DNA of 64,000 bases from the NCBI GenBank assembly GCA_009691045.1, contig SHWC01000003.1, forward strand, positions 7,995-71,994, in the 5' to 3' direction. The stretch is from Alphaproteobacteria bacterium. Lineage in GTDB: Bacteria > Pseudomonadota > Alphaproteobacteria > UBA828. The translations under genes and the position numbers were made by a program. The notes under the pieces were generated by a model. The model did not search any database. It had not been told where the DNA came from and saw nothing but the letters and a program-made list of their open reading frames with translations. Positions 26,323 through 38,476 of the stretch are shown piece after piece (the first letter of the stretch is position 1; each line of letters starts with the position of its first letter).

Positions 26323-26862
26323 ATGACTGGCTATTGCGAAGCAGCGGTCGATTACCCCATCCACGGGCCCTATCACGACCGCGATTACGGATTTTCTTTG
26401 CGTGATGATGCGGCGCTATTCGAGCGGCTCGTGCTTGAAATCAATCAGGCGGGGCTTTCCTGGCTTACCATCTTGAAAAAGCGTGCGTCGTTTCACGCGG
26501 CCTATGATGGTTTCGATATCGATAAAGTGGCGCGCTATGGCGCGCGCCAACAGGCGCGCCTGATGGCAGATGCCGGCATCATTCGCAATCGGCTCAAGAT
26601 CGAGGCCGCGATTGAAAACGCGAAGCGGCTGCAAGCGATCCGCGAGAGTCATGGCTCATTCGCCGCGTGGCTCGACGCGCACCACCCCCAGGACTTAGAG
26701 GCTTGGGTCAAACTGATGAAGCGGACCTTCCGCTTTACCGGAGGCGAGATTGTGCGCGAATTTTTGGTTTCGACCGGCTATTTGCCCGGCGCTCATGCGC
26801 CCCGCTGCCCGATTTATGTGCGTGCGCTAAAGGCCAAACCGCCCTGGACGCGCGTCGGCTAA
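26323..26862 (+). CDS. tag: DNA-3-methyladenine glycosylase I
   Basis: YHDRDYG, LFERLVLEINQAGLSWLTILKKR, IIRNRLKI, FRFTG. Confidence 0.92.
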   Translation: MTGYCEAAVDYPIHGPYHDRDYGFSLRDDAALFERLVLEINQAGLSWLTILKKRASFHAAYDGFDIDKVARYGARQQARLMADAGIIRNRLKIEAAIENAKRLQAIRESHGSFAAWLDAHHPQDLEAWVKLMKRTFRFTGGEIVREFLVSTGYLPGAHAPRCPIYVRALKAKPPWTRVG

Positions 26863-26896
26863 GGGTTCTTTAACCGATCCCGGCGAGCCTTAAGCC

Positions 26897-27382
26897 ATGA
26901 AGACATCAAAATTCATTGGCCTTTTTTGCGCGGTGCTCGTCGTGCCCGCCCTTGCCATTGGCGCCGAGCAATCGGCCGATTTGCTGAGCCAAGGCGACCC
27001 GTCGGTTAGTACCGATGAGACGGTCACCACGGGCGATCCGTGCGATGCGGTTAGAGATTACCAGCCGGCCCCCGACGTCCCCTATCAAGCGGGTGTCGAC
27101 GTCGATGGCAATCCGGTCACGCCGGCCGATCTCGATGATGGGCCGCGCTCTCTCTTTGGCGCCAATTATGAGCACAATGTGGCCCTGGTTCTGCCGCTGA
27201 AGGACGCGACCGATGCCGGCCCCGGTACGGGCGCCGAGCGAGTCGCAAATAGCGATGTCTCGGTCGGCCAGGTGGCGGTGCGCGACGGCAAGGTCTATTT
27301 CGGTGACCAGCTGATCGGCAATCAAGGCGCCGAGGCGCTTCCGCAAGCCTGCGCCATGCGTCAGGCCAAATCCACGAATTAG
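26897..27382 (+). CDS. Hypothetical secreted acidic protein
   Basis: N-terminal signal peptide; acidic mature part with two Cys. Confidence 0.7.
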   Translation: MKTSKFIGLFCAVLVVPALAIGAEQSADLLSQGDPSVSTDETVTTGDPCDAVRDYQPAPDVPYQAGVDVDGNPVTPADLDDGPRSLFGANYEHNVALVLPLKDATDAGPGTGAERVANSDVSVGQVAVRDGKVYFGDQLIGNQGAEALPQACAMRQAKSTN

Positions 27383-27479
27383 CCTCGCCTTCCCGCCGCC
27401 GGTTGCGCTCGCGGCGGTCCTTCGGCATATAGTCCTGCCGGCCGGGTTGGCCCGAGCCGCCCGCAATGCAGGAACCGTC

Positions 27480-28799
27480 ATGCGGCTGTCGAGCTATTTC
27501 CTCCCCCTCTTGAAAGAAAACCCGACCGAGGCGCAGATCGTCTCGCATCGGCTCATGCTGCGCGCTGGTATGATCCGCCAATCGAGCGCCGGCATTTATA
27601 CCTGGCTGCCGCTCGGCCATCGCGTGCTGCGCAAGATCGAGCAGATCGTGCGCGAGGAGATGGATGCCGCCGGTTGCCAGGAACTCCTGATGCCCGCCAT
27701 CCAGCCGGCCGAGCTTTGGCAAGAGAGCGGGCGCTATGACGCCTATGGCAAGGAGATGCTCCGCATCACCGACCGCCATGATCGGGCGATGCTGTTCGGC
27801 CCGACGCATGAGGAAGTGATCACCGATCTGTTCCGCACCAGCGTCAAGAGCTATCGCGATTTGCCGAAGAACCTCTATCAGATCCAATGGAAATTCCGCG
27901 ACGAGGTGCGTCCGCGCTTTGGCATCATGCGTGGCCGCGAATTCCTCATGAAGGACAATTATTCCTTCGATCTCGATTTCGCCGGCGCGCGGCACTCCTA
28001 CAACAAGATGTTCCTGGCTTATTTGCGTACCTTCCGCCGCATGGGCTTGACCTCGATTCCGATGCGCGCCGATTCAGGCGCGATCGGCGGCGATATGAGC
28101 CATGAGTTCATCGTGTTGGCGGAGACTGGCGAGAGCGCGGTTTTTTGTGACAAGGCGTGGCTCGATGCCGATCCCTTGAAAGAGACCATCGATTACGGCG
28201 CCGATTTGCAGCCCTTCGTCGATCGCTGGACCAGCCTCTATGCCGTGACCGACGACAAGCACGATCCAAAGGCCTGCAAAGTGCCGGCTGAGCGTCTCTA
28301 TGAGGGCAGGGGCATCGAGGTCGGGCATATTTTCTATTTCGGCAATAAATACTCCAAGGCAATGAATGCGCGCGTAACCGATGAAACAGGCGCCGAGGTG
28401 TTTGTCGAAATGGGCTCGTATGGCATTGGCGTGTCGCGTCTCGCAGGCGCGGTGATCGAGGCGAGCCACGACGACAAGGGCATCATCTGGCCGGCGCCGA
28501 TCGCGCCGTTCACGCTCGGCGTGATCAATCTCCGCAGCGGCGATGCGGCGTGCGATGCCATGGCGGGCGATCTCTATGCGAAATGCCAAAAGGCCGGCAT
28601 CGAGGTACTCTATGACGACCGCAATGAACGCGCGGGCGTTAAATTCGCCTCGATGGATTTGATCGGCCTGCCCTGGCAGGCGGCGATCGGCCCGCGCGGC
28701 GCGGCGGCTGGCAAGGTCGAGCTCAAGGCGCGCGGCGCCGCCGGGCCGGCCGAGGAACTCTCGGTCGATGCGGTGATTGCCCGCTTGAGCGCGAATTAG
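27480..28799 (+). CDS. proS: Proline--tRNA ligase (short form without INS editing domain)
   Basis: [38 protein letters not shown]; ~439 aa. Confidence 0.97.
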   Translation: MRLSSYFLPLLKENPTEAQIVSHRLMLRAGMIRQSSAGIYTWLPLGHRVLRKIEQIVREEMDAAGCQELLMPAIQPAELWQESGRYDAYGKEMLRITDRHDRAMLFGPTHEEVITDLFRTSVKSYRDLPKNLYQIQWKFRDEVRPRFGIMRGREFLMKDNYSFDLDFAGARHSYNKMFLAYLRTFRRMGLTSIPMRADSGAIGGDMSHEFIVLAETGESAVFCDKAWLDADPLKETIDYGADLQPFVDRWTSLYAVTDDKHDPKACKVPAERLYEGRGIEVGHIFYFGNKYSKAMNARVTDETGAEVFVEMGSYGIGVSRLAGAVIEASHDDKGIIWPAPIAPFTLGVINLRSGDAACDAMAGDLYAKCQKAGIEVLYDDRNERAGVKFASMDLIGLPWQAAIGPRGAAAGKVELKARGAAGPAEELSVDAVIARLSAN

Positions 28800-28802
28800 A
28801 CG

Positions 28803-30047
28803 ATGTTTTCCGCCTTCGAGCGCATGGTGGCGTTTCGCTATTTGCGCGCGCGGCGACAAGAAGGTTTCGTCTCGGTCATCGCGGCGTTCTCGCTCGTCGG
28901 TATCGCGCTCGGCGTCGGGACGTTGATCGTCGTGATGAGCGTGATGAACGGCTTTCGCGAGGAGCTGCTCGACCGCATTCTTGGCCTCAATGGCCATATG
29001 ATGATTTATGCCGAGGCCACGCCATTCACCGATTATGACAAGGTGGCCGGCGCGCTCGGGGCCATTCCCGGTGTGATCGCGGCCGCACCGATGATCGAAG
29101 GCCAGGTGATGGCAACCAGCCGCACGGGGGCGACCGGCGCCCTGGTGCGGGGCTTGCGCGGCGCCGACCTCGCCAAATATCCGCTGGTCGCCGCCAGCAT
29201 CAAAGCCGGCTCGATCGACGGTTTCCAAAAGGGCGAGGGCATCATCGTGGGCGACCGCTTGGCGGCGCGTCTTGGCGTCGCGGTTGGTGGGCAGATCACC
29301 CTCATTTCACCGCAGGGCAACCCCACCGTGATGGGCGTGGTGCCGCGCGCGCGGGCGTTCACCGTGGTCGGGACGTTCAATGTCGGCATGTATGAATATG
29401 ATTCGAGTTTCGTCTATATGCCGCTCGATCTGGCGCAGCTCTATTTCAAGCTGCCGGGTACGGTGACCGGGGTTGAGGTGATGACCGACAATCCCGATGA
29501 GATCATGCGCTTTGCCATGGCGGCGCATGAAGCCGTCGGGCCTGGTTATCGCGTGATCGATTGGCGCCAGACCAATTCGCATTTCTTCACGGCGCTGGAG
29601 GTGGAGCGCAATGTGATGTTCATTATTCTGGCGCTCATCGTGTTGGTCGCGGCGTTCAACATCATCGCCGGGTTAATCATGGTGGTGAAGGACAAGGGCC
29701 GCGACATCGCGATCATGCGCACCATGGGCGCGACGCGCGGCCAGATCATGCGCATCTTTTTCATGAATGGCGCGGCGATCGGTATTGTCGGCACGCTTGT
29801 TGGCCTCGGCCTCGGCGTCGCCTTTGCGTTGAATATCGATTCGATCAAGACCTGGCTCGAAGGCTTGACCGGCACCGAGCTGTTCGCGCCCGAAGTGCGC
29901 TTCTTGACGCAATTGCCGGCCAAGATCGAGGCGGGCGAGGTGGTCACCGTTGTCGTGATGGCGCTGGGGCTTTCGCTCCTTGCCACGATCTATCCGTCGT
30001 GGCGCGCGGCGCGGCTCGATCCGGTCGAGGCCCTTCGTTATGAATGA
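28803..30047 (+). CDS. Lipoprotein-releasing ABC transporter permease (LolC/E/F type)
   Basis: [38 protein letters not shown]. Confidence 0.93.
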   Translation: MFSAFERMVAFRYLRARRQEGFVSVIAAFSLVGIALGVGTLIVVMSVMNGFREELLDRILGLNGHMMIYAEATPFTDYDKVAGALGAIPGVIAAAPMIEGQVMATSRTGATGALVRGLRGADLAKYPLVAASIKAGSIDGFQKGEGIIVGDRLAARLGVAVGGQITLISPQGNPTVMGVVPRARAFTVVGTFNVGMYEYDSSFVYMPLDLAQLYFKLPGTVTGVEVMTDNPDEIMRFAMAAHEAVGPGYRVIDWRQTNSHFFTALEVERNVMFIILALIVLVAAFNIIAGLIMVVKDKGRDIAIMRTMGATRGQIMRIFFMNGAAIGIVGTLVGLGLGVAFALNIDSIKTWLEGLTGTELFAPEVRFLTQLPAKIEAGEVVTVVVMALGLSLLATIYPSWRAARLDPVEALRYE

Positions 30048-30729
30048 GCGGGGCCAAGCCGTTCTCGAATTTAGGGACGTCAGGCGAACCTTCGTGCAGG
30101 GCGGTCAGTCGCTTGACGTGTTGAAGGGCATATCCTTCTCGCTTCATGCGGGCGAGATCGTGGCGCTGACCGGCCCATCGGGCTCGGGCAAATCGACGCT
30201 CTTGCAAATCGCGGGGCTCCTAGAGCGGCCGAGCGGGGGCCAGGTGATCATTGCGGGGGAGTCCGGCGCGCGTCATGGCGACCGCCGCCGCACACAAATT
30301 CGCCGTGAGAAGCTTGGCTTCGTCTATCAATATCATCATTTGTTGCGGGAGTTTTCGGCGCTCGAAAACGTCGTGGTGCCGCAGCTGATCGCGGGTGTGC
30401 CAAAGTGCAAAGCGCGCGAGCGGGCGCGCGTGCTGCTTGCCAGTCTTGGCCTCTCGGCGCGGGAAGGGCATCGGCCGGCGCGTCTCTCGGGCGGTGAGCA
30501 GCAGCGTGTCGCGATCGCCCGCGCGCTCGCCAATCAACCGGTGCTGCTTTTCGCGGATGAGCCAACCGGCAATCTCGATCATGGGACAGCGGATTCGGTG
30601 TTTCAGGCCTTGCTCGCGATCGTGCGGCAATCGGGCCTCGCGGCGTTGATCGCGACGCATAATGCCGAGTTGGCTGCACGCATGGACCGTCGGCTTGGCC
30701 TCGATGACGGTCGCCTGACCGAGTACTAA
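30040..30729 (+). CDS. lolD: Lipoprotein-releasing ABC transporter ATP-binding protein
   Basis: [19 protein letters not shown]olD motif, [17 protein letters not shown]. Confidence 0.93.
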   Translation: MNERGQAVLEFRDVRRTFVQGGQSLDVLKGISFSLHAGEIVALTGPSGSGKSTLLQIAGLLERPSGGQVIIAGESGARHGDRRRTQIRREKLGFVYQYHHLLREFSALENVVVPQLIAGVPKCKARERARVLLASLGLSAREGHRPARLSGGEQQRVAIARALANQPVLLFADEPTGNLDHGTADSVFQALLAIVRQSGLAALIATHNAELAARMDRRLGLDDGRLTEY

Positions 30730-30758
30730 AAAAGAGGCGCGCCATGGGGCGCGCCTCT
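30727..30758 (-). terminator. Intrinsic terminator between convergent genes
   Basis: AGAGGCGCGCC-ATGG-GGCGCGCCTCT perfect 11-bp stem. The left A-tract reads as a U-tract on the minus strand. Confidence 0.8.
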
Positions 30759-30783
30759 GGATCTCAGTCGATCGCCTGCGCGA

Positions 30784-31434
30784 TCAATAGAGCCCGGTCT
30801 TGTAATTATCTTCGACGAACTCGTCGGCGTCCTTGATCTCTGTCGCGGTCGGCGGTTTGCCGGGAGGCGCGACTTGTTCAAGGATCATGTGCGCGAGGCT
30901 CGGCATATCCTGGCGCTTTTGATATTTCGTGGGATCCCACAGGCTTGAGCGCGTGAACGCCTTGGCGCAATGTAAGAACGCCTCGTTCACCTCGATCATG
31001 ATGCCAACCTTGGGTGCCTTGCCGCGAATCTTGGCCTTATCGGCCAGGCTGTCGTCCTGCACGATGCGGGCCTTGCCGTTGACGCGCAGCGTGTCGTTGA
31101 AGCCGGGGATCATGAACAAGAGCCCGACATTCGCGTTCTCGGTGATGTTGGACATGGTGTCGAGCCGGTTATTGCCGGGCCGGTCGGGCAGGAAGAGGTG
31201 ATTGTCGTCGATGATCTGCACGAAGCCGGCTGGATCGCCGCGCGGGCTCACATCCGCCTTGCCTTGCGCGCTTGCCGTGCCGATGCACAGAAAGGGCGAG
31301 CGGCGGATAAATTCCTTGCAGTGCTCGTCGAGCTTTGGGCGCGATTTATGGATGGCGATATCCATGGTCGGCCCCATGATGTCGCGCAATTTGGCTTCGT
31401 TTTCGACGACGCGGGCCGACCCATTGGCAGACAT
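30784..31434 (-). CDS. Pyridoxamine 5'-phosphate oxidase-like FMN-binding protein (MSMEG_1061-like)
   Basis: DVSPRGD..GF, PDRPGNNRLD, LRVNG, HCAKAF.RS.LW; GGAGG SD before ATG 31434. Confidence 0.85.
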   Translation of the reverse strand: MSANGSARVVENEAKLRDIMGPTMDIAIHKSRPKLDEHCKEFIRRSPFLCIGTASAQGKADVSPRGDPAGFVQIIDDNHLFLPDRPGNNRLDTMSNITENANVGLLFMIPGFNDTLRVNGKARIVQDDSLADKAKIRGKAPKVGIMIEVNEAFLHCAKAFTRSSLWDPTKYQKRQDMPSLAHMILEQVAPPGKPPTATEIKDADEFVEDNYKTGLY

Positions 31435-31618
31435 GTCTTCCTCCATATCGTGGTGCACCGATCTGACGCGCGATCTTGCGCCTCGCTGGGAAGACTAGCA
31501 GCTTTGGCTGGGTTTTGAAATCGGGGTCGGGCCCTTTGGCTCAGAGCGGAAATCTCTTATCGCCGCCCGCTCGCGGCGCGCTAAGATCAGCTTCCCCGCC
31601 CACGAGTCCGAGCGCGCC

Positions 31619-34600
31619 ATGAGCCATGCCGATTTCATTCATTTGCGCGTCCATTCGGCTTACTCGCTGTCGGAAGGCGCGATCAAGGTCGATGAATTGG
31701 TTGCGCTCTGCGGTACCGAGCACATGCCGGCGGTGGCGGTGACCGATCGGGGCAATTTATTCGGGGCGCTGGAGTTTTCCTTGGCGGCGGCGAAGGCCGG
31801 GGTCCAGCCCATTATCGGTTGCGAACTTCCGATTGAGCCGGTGTTGCCGGAGGGCCGCAAGCCCGCGCCCGATGCGCGCGATTGGCTCGCGCTCTTGGCC
31901 CAAAACGAGACCGGCTATCGAAATTTGATGAAGCTCTCGAGCAAGCTGTTTCTCGATGGCGACGCTCATGCCGCGCCGCGCCTTGGGCTGGAGGCCATCG
32001 AGGCTCATAGCGGGGGATTGATCGCGTTGAGCGGCGGCCCGGCGGGGCCGGTCGGGCGGTTGCTCCTGGCTGGGCAAATCGATGCGGCGCGGGTTTTGCT
32101 CGATCGTCTGGCGCGGGCGTTTCCGGGGCGGCTCTATGTCGAACTGATGCGTCATGGCCTCGAAGAGGAATCGCGGACCGAGGCGGCCTTTATCGAATTG
32201 GCGGATGCGCTCGATCTGCCCCTCATTGCGACCAATGACGCCTATTTCGGTCCGCGCGATATGCAGGCTGCGCACGATGCGCTCCTCTGCATCGCCGATG
32301 GGATGTTGGTTGACGAGCCGGAGCGGCGCCGGCTGACCGCCGATCACGGCTTTCGCTCGGCGGCGGAGATGCGCGCTCTGTTCGCCGATCTGCCCGAGGC
32401 GGTGGATAACACGCTCGTGGTGGCGCGGCGCTGCGCCTTCAAGGTGGAGGCTCGCGCGCCTATCCTGCCGCCCTTCGCGGACGGCAATGGCATGGACGAG
32501 GCGACGCTACTGACCCGTGAGGCCAGACTTGGCCTCGAGCAACGGCTGGTCGATCATGTTTTCACGCTGGCGATGGACGAGGCCGCGCGCGAGGCTGCCG
32601 CGACGCCCTATCGCGATCGTTTGGCCTATGAGCTCAAGGTCATCATCGAGATGAAATTTCCGGGCTATTTTCTGATCGTCGCGGACTTCATCAAATGGGC
32701 GAAGACGAATGACATTCCGGTCGGCCCGGGGCGCGGCTCGGGCGCGGGCTCGGTGGTCGCTTGGGCGCTCACCATCACCGATCTCGATCCCTTGCGTTTC
32801 GGCCTTTTGTTCGAGCGGTTTCTCAACCCCGAACGCGTATCGATGCCAGACTTCGATATCGATTTTTGCCAAACGCACCGCGATCGCGTGATCGAATATG
32901 TACGCGACCGCTATGGCGCGGAGCGGGTGGCGCAAATCATCACCTTCGGCAAATTGCAGGCGCGCGCAGCGTTGCGCGATGTCGGGCGCGTGCTCGGCAT
33001 GAGCTATACGCAAGTCGATCGGCTATGCAAATTGGTGCCGAACAATCCGGCCAATCCGGTCACCCTGAAGCAGGCGATCGATGGCGAGCCGCAATTGCAG
33101 GCCGCGCGCGATAGCGAGCCGCAAGTCGCGCGGCTGATGGATATCGCGCTTCGGCTCGAAGGGCTCTATCGTAACGCCTCGACCCATGCGGCCGGTGTGG
33201 TGATCGGCGATCGGCCACTCGATGAGCTCGTGCCGCTTTATCGCGACCCGCGCGGCAGCATGATGGCGACCCAGTTTTCGATGAAATATGTCGAGCTGGC
33301 CGGCCTCGTGAAATTCGATTTTCTCGGGCTCAAAACGCTCACCGTGCTTGAGCAAGCGTGCCAGCTCATCCGCGCGGGCGGCGATGAGATCGATTTGCTG
33401 AAAATTCCGCTTAATGACGCGAAGACCTACGCCATGCTCGGCGAGGGTGTGACGGTTGGCGTGTTTCAGCTGGAAAGCTCGGGCATGCGCGATGTGCTTC
33501 GCCAAATGCGGCCCGACGCGTTCGAGGATATCATCGCCCTTGTCGCGCTCTACCGGCCGGGCCCGATGGATAACATCCCGAAATATATTGCCTGCAAGCA
33601 CGGCACCGAGCAGCCTGATTATCTGCACCCAAGTCTGATCGATACGCTGAAGGAAACCTTCGGTGTCATCATCTATCAGGAACAGGTGATGCAGATCGCG
33701 CAAGTGTTGGCCGGGTTCAGCCTCGGCAGCGCCGATCTGTTGCGCCGTGCGATGGGCAAAAAAATCAAGGCCGAGATGGCCGCGCAGGAAGAAGCCTTCG
33801 TCAATGGCGCGATGCAGAACGGCGTCACAAAGGTCGACGCCGCGCGTATTTTCGAGTTGGTCGCGAAGTTCGCCGGCTATGGCTTCAACAAATCGCACGC
33901 CGCAGCCTATGCGTTGGTCGCCTATCAGACCGCCTATTTGAAAGCCAATTACCCGGTTGAGTTCCTGGCCGCCTCGATGACGCTCGATATGGGCGATAGC
34001 GACAAGATCAACGCCATGCGCCAAGAGCTCGATCGTTTGTCGATCCAACTTTTGCCGCCCGACATCAATCGCTCGGATGCCATTTTTTCGGTTGAGCGCT
34101 TGGCCGAGGGCCGGCGTGCGGTGCGTTATGCCTTGGCGGCTATTCGGAATGTCGGGGTCGCGGCGACGGAAACGATCTGCGCCGCGCGTCAGCAGGGCGG
34201 CGCGTTTGCCGATCCATTTGATTTAGCGGCGCGGCTCGATGCGCGTGCGGTCAATAAGCGGCAGTTGGAAAATCTGATCAAAGCCGGTGCGTTTGACGGG
34301 ATCGAGCCGAACCGCCGACGCTTGTTCGATGCGGCCGAACTCCTGGTGCGTTATGCCGCCGTGTCGGCAGAGAGCCGGGTGAGCAAGCAGGATTCGCTGT
34401 TCGGCGCGGCGACCGGGGTTGAGGCCGCGCGCCCCGTATTGCCGGCGGTGCCCGACTGGCCGCCGCTTGAGCGCATGATGAGCGAATATGAGGCGATCGG
34501 GTTCTACCTTTCGGCGCATCCGCTCGATGGGTGCTCGGGCGCACTTGCGCGGCTTGGGGCGACGCCGCTCGATGGCGTGGCGGCGGCGGTCGAGCGCGGC

Positions 34601-35080
34601 CTGGTGCGGCTCAGGGTTGCCGGGGTCGTGCTCGGCAAGCAGGAGCGCGGTGCGGCTGGCCAGCGCTTCGCCTTCATTCGAATTTCCGACACGACAGGAA
34701 GTCATGAGGTCGCGGTGTTCCGAGAAAGCTATGCCGAGGCACGCGAGCTGATTGAGCCGGGGCGCTCGATTCTGATCACGGCGACCGCGCGGGTCGATGG
34801 GGGCGCGGTCAAGCTGACCGCCCAGACCATCGAGGATTTGGGCCCGCGGCTCACCGGGCAGATGAACGGCTTGGAAATCCGGCTGCGCGATGCCGGCCCG
34901 CTCAAGCCGCTTTCGGAGCTGGTCAAAAGGGCGAAACCGGGCAAGGCCAGGCTTTCACTCCTGATTGAGCGGGGCGATGAGGAAATCAGCATCGATTTGG
35001 CCAATTCGTTCAGCTTGACGCCCGCCATGAGGGCTGAAATCGCGGCCATTCCGGGGGTTCTTGGCGTCACGGACGCCTGA
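31619..35080 (+). CDS. dnaE: DNA polymerase III alpha subunit
   Basis: PHP domain HLRVHSAYS, GPGRGSGAGS, FERFLNPERVSMPDFDIDF, YGFNKSHA. Confidence 0.98.
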   Translation: MSHADFIHLRVHSAYSLSEGAIKVDELVALCGTEHMPAVAVTDRGNLFGALEFSLAAAKAGVQPIIGCELPIEPVLPEGRKPAPDARDWLALLAQNETGYRNLMKLSSKLFLDGDAHAAPRLGLEAIEAHSGGLIALSGGPAGPVGRLLLAGQIDAARVLLDRLARAFPGRLYVELMRHGLEEESRTEAAFIELADALDLPLIATNDAYFGPRDMQAAHDALLCIADGMLVDEPERRRLTADHGFRSAAEMRALFADLPEAVDNTLVVARRCAFKVEARAPILPPFADGNGMDEATLLTREARLGLEQRLVDHVFTLAMDEAAREAAATPYRDRLAYELKVIIEMKFPGYFLIVADFIKWAKTNDIPVGPGRGSGAGSVVAWALTITDLDPLRFGLLFERFLNPERVSMPDFDIDFCQTHRDRVIEYVRDRYGAERVAQIITFGKLQARAALRDVGRVLGMSYTQVDRLCKLVPNNPANPVTLKQAIDGEPQLQAARDSEPQVARLMDIALRLEGLYRNASTHAAGVVIGDRPLDELVPLYRDPRGSMMATQFSMKYVELAGLVKFDFLGLKTLTVLEQACQLIRAGGDEIDLLKIPLNDAKTYAMLGEGVTVGVFQLESSGMRDVLRQMRPDAFEDIIALVALYRPGPMDNIPKYIACKHGTEQPDYLHPSLIDTLKETFGVIIYQEQVMQIAQVLAGFSLGSADLLRRAMGKKIKAEMAAQEEAFVNGAMQNGVTKVDAARIFELVAKFAGYGFNKSHAAAYALVAYQTAYLKANYPVEFLAASMTLDMGDSDKINAMRQELDRLSIQLLPPDINRSDAIFSVERLAEGRRAVRYALAAIRNVGVAATETICAARQQGGAFADPFDLAARLDARAVNKRQLENLIKAGAFDGIEPNRRRLFDAAELLVRYAAVSAESRVSKQDSLFGAATGVEAARPVLPAVPDWPPLERMMSEYEAIGFYLSAHPLDGCSGALARLGATPLDGVAAAVERGLVRLRVAGVVLGKQERGAAGQRFAFIRISDTTGSHEVAVFRESYAEARELIEPGRSILITATARVDGGAVKLTAQTIEDLGPRLTGQMNGLEIRLRDAGPLKPLSELVKRAKPGKARLSLLIERGDEEISIDLANSFSLTPAMRAEIAAIPGVLGVTDA

Positions 35081-35106
35081 AAGCGGCCGGCTTAGCCGCT
35101 TTCCGC

Positions 35107-35135
35107 TTGCCAGGACGGCAGGCTAGGGGTATCAA
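35107..35135 (+). promoter_or_regulatory. Putative sigma70 promoter for rpsB-tsf
   Basis: TTGCCA-N17-TATCAA followed by GC-rich GCGCGCGCC. Confidence 0.55.
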
Positions 35136-35159
35136 GCGCGCGCCTGGGAGACCGGGCAA

Positions 35160-35275
35160 ATTCACACGCGGGCGGGCCGGCGCGGCGCTTTAGGGGGCGG
35201 CGGCGGTCGGACCGGTGCGGCGGGCCCAGGCCCGACCGCCACAGTCTGCGGCGGCATAACCGGAAATAGGATACC
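35160..35275 (+). promoter_or_regulatory. Putative rpsB (S2) autoregulatory leader
   Basis: Long GC-rich 5' UTR bounded by CACACGCG and TGCGGCGGCATAACCGG, resembling the proteobacterial rpsB leader ends as I recall them. Not verified by covariance model. Confidence 0.45.
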
Positions 35276-35281
35276 AATTCA

Positions 35282-36067
35282 ATGGCTTTGCCTGAATATA
35301 GCATGCGTCAGTTGCTCGAGGCTGGCGTGCATTTCGGCCACCAAACCAAGCGCTGGAACCCGAAGATGGAGTCTTTCATCTTCGGCATTAGGAACGGCGT
35401 CCATATCATCGATCTGGAACAAAGCGTGCCGTTGCTCGACCACGCGCTCCAGGTGCTGCGCGATGCCGCGGCGTCGGGTGGGCGGGTGCTCTTTGTTGGC
35501 ACCAAGCGCCAGGCCCAAGAGCCGATCGCCGAGTGCGCCAAGCGCTGCGGCCAGTATTACGTCAACCACCGCTGGCTCGGTGGCATGTTGACCAATTGGA
35601 AGGCGGTCTCAGGGTCGATCCGCACCATGATCGACCTCGACCAAAAGCTCTCTGAGAGTGAGATCGGCCTGACCAAGAAGGAAATCCTCCAATTGACGCG
35701 GCGGCGCGACAAACTCGCCCGAGCGCTCGGTGGCATTCGCGAAATGGCGGGCCTGCCGGCGATCATCGTGGTGATCGACACCAACAAGGAATCGATCGCC
35801 ATTCAAGAGGCGACCAAGCTGCATATTCCGGTCGTCGGTATCCTTGATAGCAATTGCGACCCGAGCTTCATCACGCACCCGATCCCCGGCAATGACGACG
35901 CCACCCGTGCGATCAATCTTTATTGCGATCTGTTCGCGCGCGCGGTGCTCGACGGTCTGCAGGCCGAGATGGCCGCGGGCGGCAAGGACATCGGCGCAGC
36001 CGATGTGGTGATCGAGACCCTACCTTCAGTCGCCGGCGACGGCGCGCCAGCCGCACCGGCGAGCTGA
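35282..36067 (+). CDS. rpsB: 30S ribosomal protein S2
   Basis: [33 protein letters not shown]. Confidence 0.98.
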   Translation: MALPEYSMRQLLEAGVHFGHQTKRWNPKMESFIFGIRNGVHIIDLEQSVPLLDHALQVLRDAAASGGRVLFVGTKRQAQEPIAECAKRCGQYYVNHRWLGGMLTNWKAVSGSIRTMIDLDQKLSESEIGLTKKEILQLTRRRDKLARALGGIREMAGLPAIIVVIDTNKESIAIQEATKLHIPVVGILDSNCDPSFITHPIPGNDDATRAINLYCDLFARAVLDGLQAEMAAGGKDIGAADVVIETLPSVAGDGAPAAPAS

Positions 36068-36096
36068 CATCAAGACCCGATTAGAGGAGAAGCGGC

Positions 36097-37026
36097 ATGG
36101 CTGAGGTATCGGCTGCGCTGGTCAAGGATCTGCGCGAGAAAACTGGCGCCGGCATGATGGATTGCAAGAAGGCGTTGGCCGAGACTGCCGGCGACGTCGA
36201 GGCGGCGGTCGATTGGCTGCGCAAGAAGGGCCTAGCCGCGGCCGCCAAGAAGGCCAGCCGGGTGGCGTCGGAAGGCCTGGTCGGTCTGGTGGTCGAGGGT
36301 GCCAAGGGCGCCGTCGTCGAGGTCAATTCCGAGACCGATTTCGTTGCGCGTAATCCGCAGTTTCAAGAGACGGTGCAGGAAATTGCCCGCGCTTCGCTCG
36401 GCGTTGGCGGCGCGCATGATCGTTTGGCGGCGGCCAAACTTGCCAAGAGCGGCCGCAGCGTGTCGGATGAAATCACCCATCTGATCGCCATCATCGGCGA
36501 AAACATCAGTCTGCGCCGCAGCCAGGGCCTTACGGTCGGCACCGGCATGATCGCGTCTTATGTGCATGGTGGCGTTGGGACCGGGATCGGACGGATCGGC
36601 GTTTTGGTTGCGCTTGAATCATCGGCGCCCGCGGCGGCCCTGAAGGAGATCGGGCATCAGCTCGCCATGCATGTCGCCGCGGCCAATCCGCGCGCGATCT
36701 CACCGGCAGACCTTGACCCCGAGCTGATCGCCCGTGAACGCGCGGTGTTGGTGGACCAAGCCAAGACCAGCGGCAAGCCCGACGCGATCATCGAAAAGAT
36801 GGTCGAGGGCCGGTTGCGCAAATATTATGAAGAAGTCGCGCTGATCGAGCAGATCTGGGTGATCGACGGCGAAAGCAAGGTCGGCAAGGTGGTCGAGGCG
36901 GCGGCAAAGGCGGCGGGCGCCTCCATCACCATCAAGGGCTTTGTGCGCTTCGCGCTTGGCGAGGGTATTGAGCGGAAGGAAAGCGATTTCGCCAGCGAAG
37001 TCGCGGCCGCGGCCAAGGGCTCCTGA
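36097..37026 (+). CDS. tsf: Elongation factor Ts
   Basis: [26 protein letters not shown]. Confidence 0.98.
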   Translation: MAEVSAALVKDLREKTGAGMMDCKKALAETAGDVEAAVDWLRKKGLAAAAKKASRVASEGLVGLVVEGAKGAVVEVNSETDFVARNPQFQETVQEIARASLGVGGAHDRLAAAKLAKSGRSVSDEITHLIAIIGENISLRRSQGLTVGTGMIASYVHGGVGTGIGRIGVLVALESSAPAAALKEIGHQLAMHVAAANPRAISPADLDPELIARERAVLVDQAKTSGKPDAIIEKMVEGRLRKYYEEVALIEQIWVIDGESKVGKVVEAAAKAAGASITIKGFVRFALGEGIERKESDFASEVAAAAKGS

Positions 37027-37183
37027 GCCAGGTTCCGGAAGGCGCCAGAAGTATCTGCCAATGTGGCAGGGGCTGGGCGGCTGTAGTATCGTTTCCGAGG
37101 TTGTGGTGAGCTAGAGTCGGCGTGCGTCCGCGCGCAGGCTTGGTCGCGCCGCGTATTGCCTGACCGTCGTTCCCGGAGACCCT

Positions 37184-37921
37184 ATGTCAGCACCTCTCAA
37201 ATTCCGCCGCGTCCTCCTAAAAATCTCCGGAGAGGCGCTGATGGGCGATGGCACCTATGGCATCGACAACGGCACGGTTGATCGCATCGCGGCCGATATG
37301 AAAGCCGTCCATGCGAGCGGCGTGCAACTTTGCGCGGTGGTTGGCGGCGGCAATATTTTTCGCGGGCTCTCGGGGGCTGCCGCCGGGATGGAGCGGGCCA
37401 ATGCCGATTATATCGGCATGCTTGCGACCGTGATGAACGCGCTCGCGATGCAGCATGCGCTCGAGCGCCACGGCGTGCCGACCCGCGTGCTTTCGGCGAT
37501 CCCGATGGCGACCATTTGCGAGCCCTATATCCGCCGGCGCGCCACGCGCCATATGGAAAAAGGACGCTTGGTAATTTTCGCGGCCGGTACCGGCAATCCA
37601 TTTTTCACGACTGACACCGCCGCCGCGTTGCGCGCCGCCGAAATGGGGTGCGATGCGTTGTTCAAAGGGACCAAGGTGGACGGCGTCTATTCCGCCGATC
37701 CCAAGCGCGACGCCAAGGCCGTACGCTATGAGGAGCTCACGTTCCTCGACGTTCTGGCCAAGGACCTCAAGGTTATGGATGCTTCGGCGATCTCACTTGC
37801 GCGCGATAACAATATTCCCATCGTGGTATTCTCGATTCAGCAACCAGGGGGCCTCGCCGCCGTGTTGGCGGGTAAAGGGCCACACACCGTGATCCGGGAG
37901 GACGGACAACGCCATGCCTGA
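37184..37921 (+). CDS. pyrH: UMP kinase
   Basis: [25 protein letters not shown]. Confidence 0.97.
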   Translation: MSAPLKFRRVLLKISGEALMGDGTYGIDNGTVDRIAADMKAVHASGVQLCAVVGGGNIFRGLSGAAAGMERANADYIGMLATVMNALAMQHALERHGVPTRVLSAIPMATICEPYIRRRATRHMEKGRLVIFAAGTGNPFFTTDTAAALRAAEMGCDALFKGTKVDGVYSADPKRDAKAVRYEELTFLDVLAKDLKVMDASAISLARDNNIPIVVFSIQQPGGLAAVLAGKGPHTVIREDGQRHA

Positions 37922-38471
37922 TCCCGATCTTGCCGATGTGAAACGACGCATGCAAAGCGCCGTCGATGTGCTGCGCGGCGAATTGACGGGGCTACGCACG
38001 GGGCGTGCGTCGGCCAACCTTTTGGAGCCGATCACGGTTGAAGTCTATGGCGCGCACATGCCGTTAAAGCAGGTCGCGACCATCAACGTGCCCGAGCCCC
38101 GGATGATCACGGTCCAAGTTTGGGATCGCAGCCAGGTCAAGGCGGTTGAGCGCGCGATTCAGCAAGCCGGGCTTGGGCTCAACCCGATCGCCGAAGGGCA
38201 GATGCTGCGTATTCCGATCCCCGAGCTCAACCAAGAGCGCCGCACCGAATTGGCCAAGATTGCGCACAAATATGCGGAACAGGCGCGTGTCGCGGTTCGC
38301 AATGTGCGGCGCGATGGTATGGATCGGATCAAGAAGCAGGAAAAGGGCGGCGACCTCAGCCAGGACGAGGCACGCTCTCAAACTGAGCAGACGCAAAAGA
38401 CGACCGATCAGATGATCAGTCAGATCGACCAGCTTTTGGCGGCTAAAGAAAAAGAGATCATGCAGGTCTGA
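37914..38471 (+). CDS. frr: Ribosome recycling factor
   Basis: [25 protein letters not shown]. Confidence 0.97.
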   Translation: MPDPDLADVKRRMQSAVDVLRGELTGLRTGRASANLLEPITVEVYGAHMPLKQVATINVPEPRMITVQVWDRSQVKAVERAIQQAGLGLNPIAEGQMLRIPIPELNQERRTELAKIAHKYAEQARVAVRNVRRDGMDRIKKQEKGGDLSQDEARSQTEQTQKTTDQMISQIDQLLAAKEKEIMQV

Positions 38472-38476
38472 CGCGG

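Noticed and set aside
31619..35080. Intein or split in dnaE
   Set aside because: Length (1153 aa) and motif order are normal, with no intein signatures.
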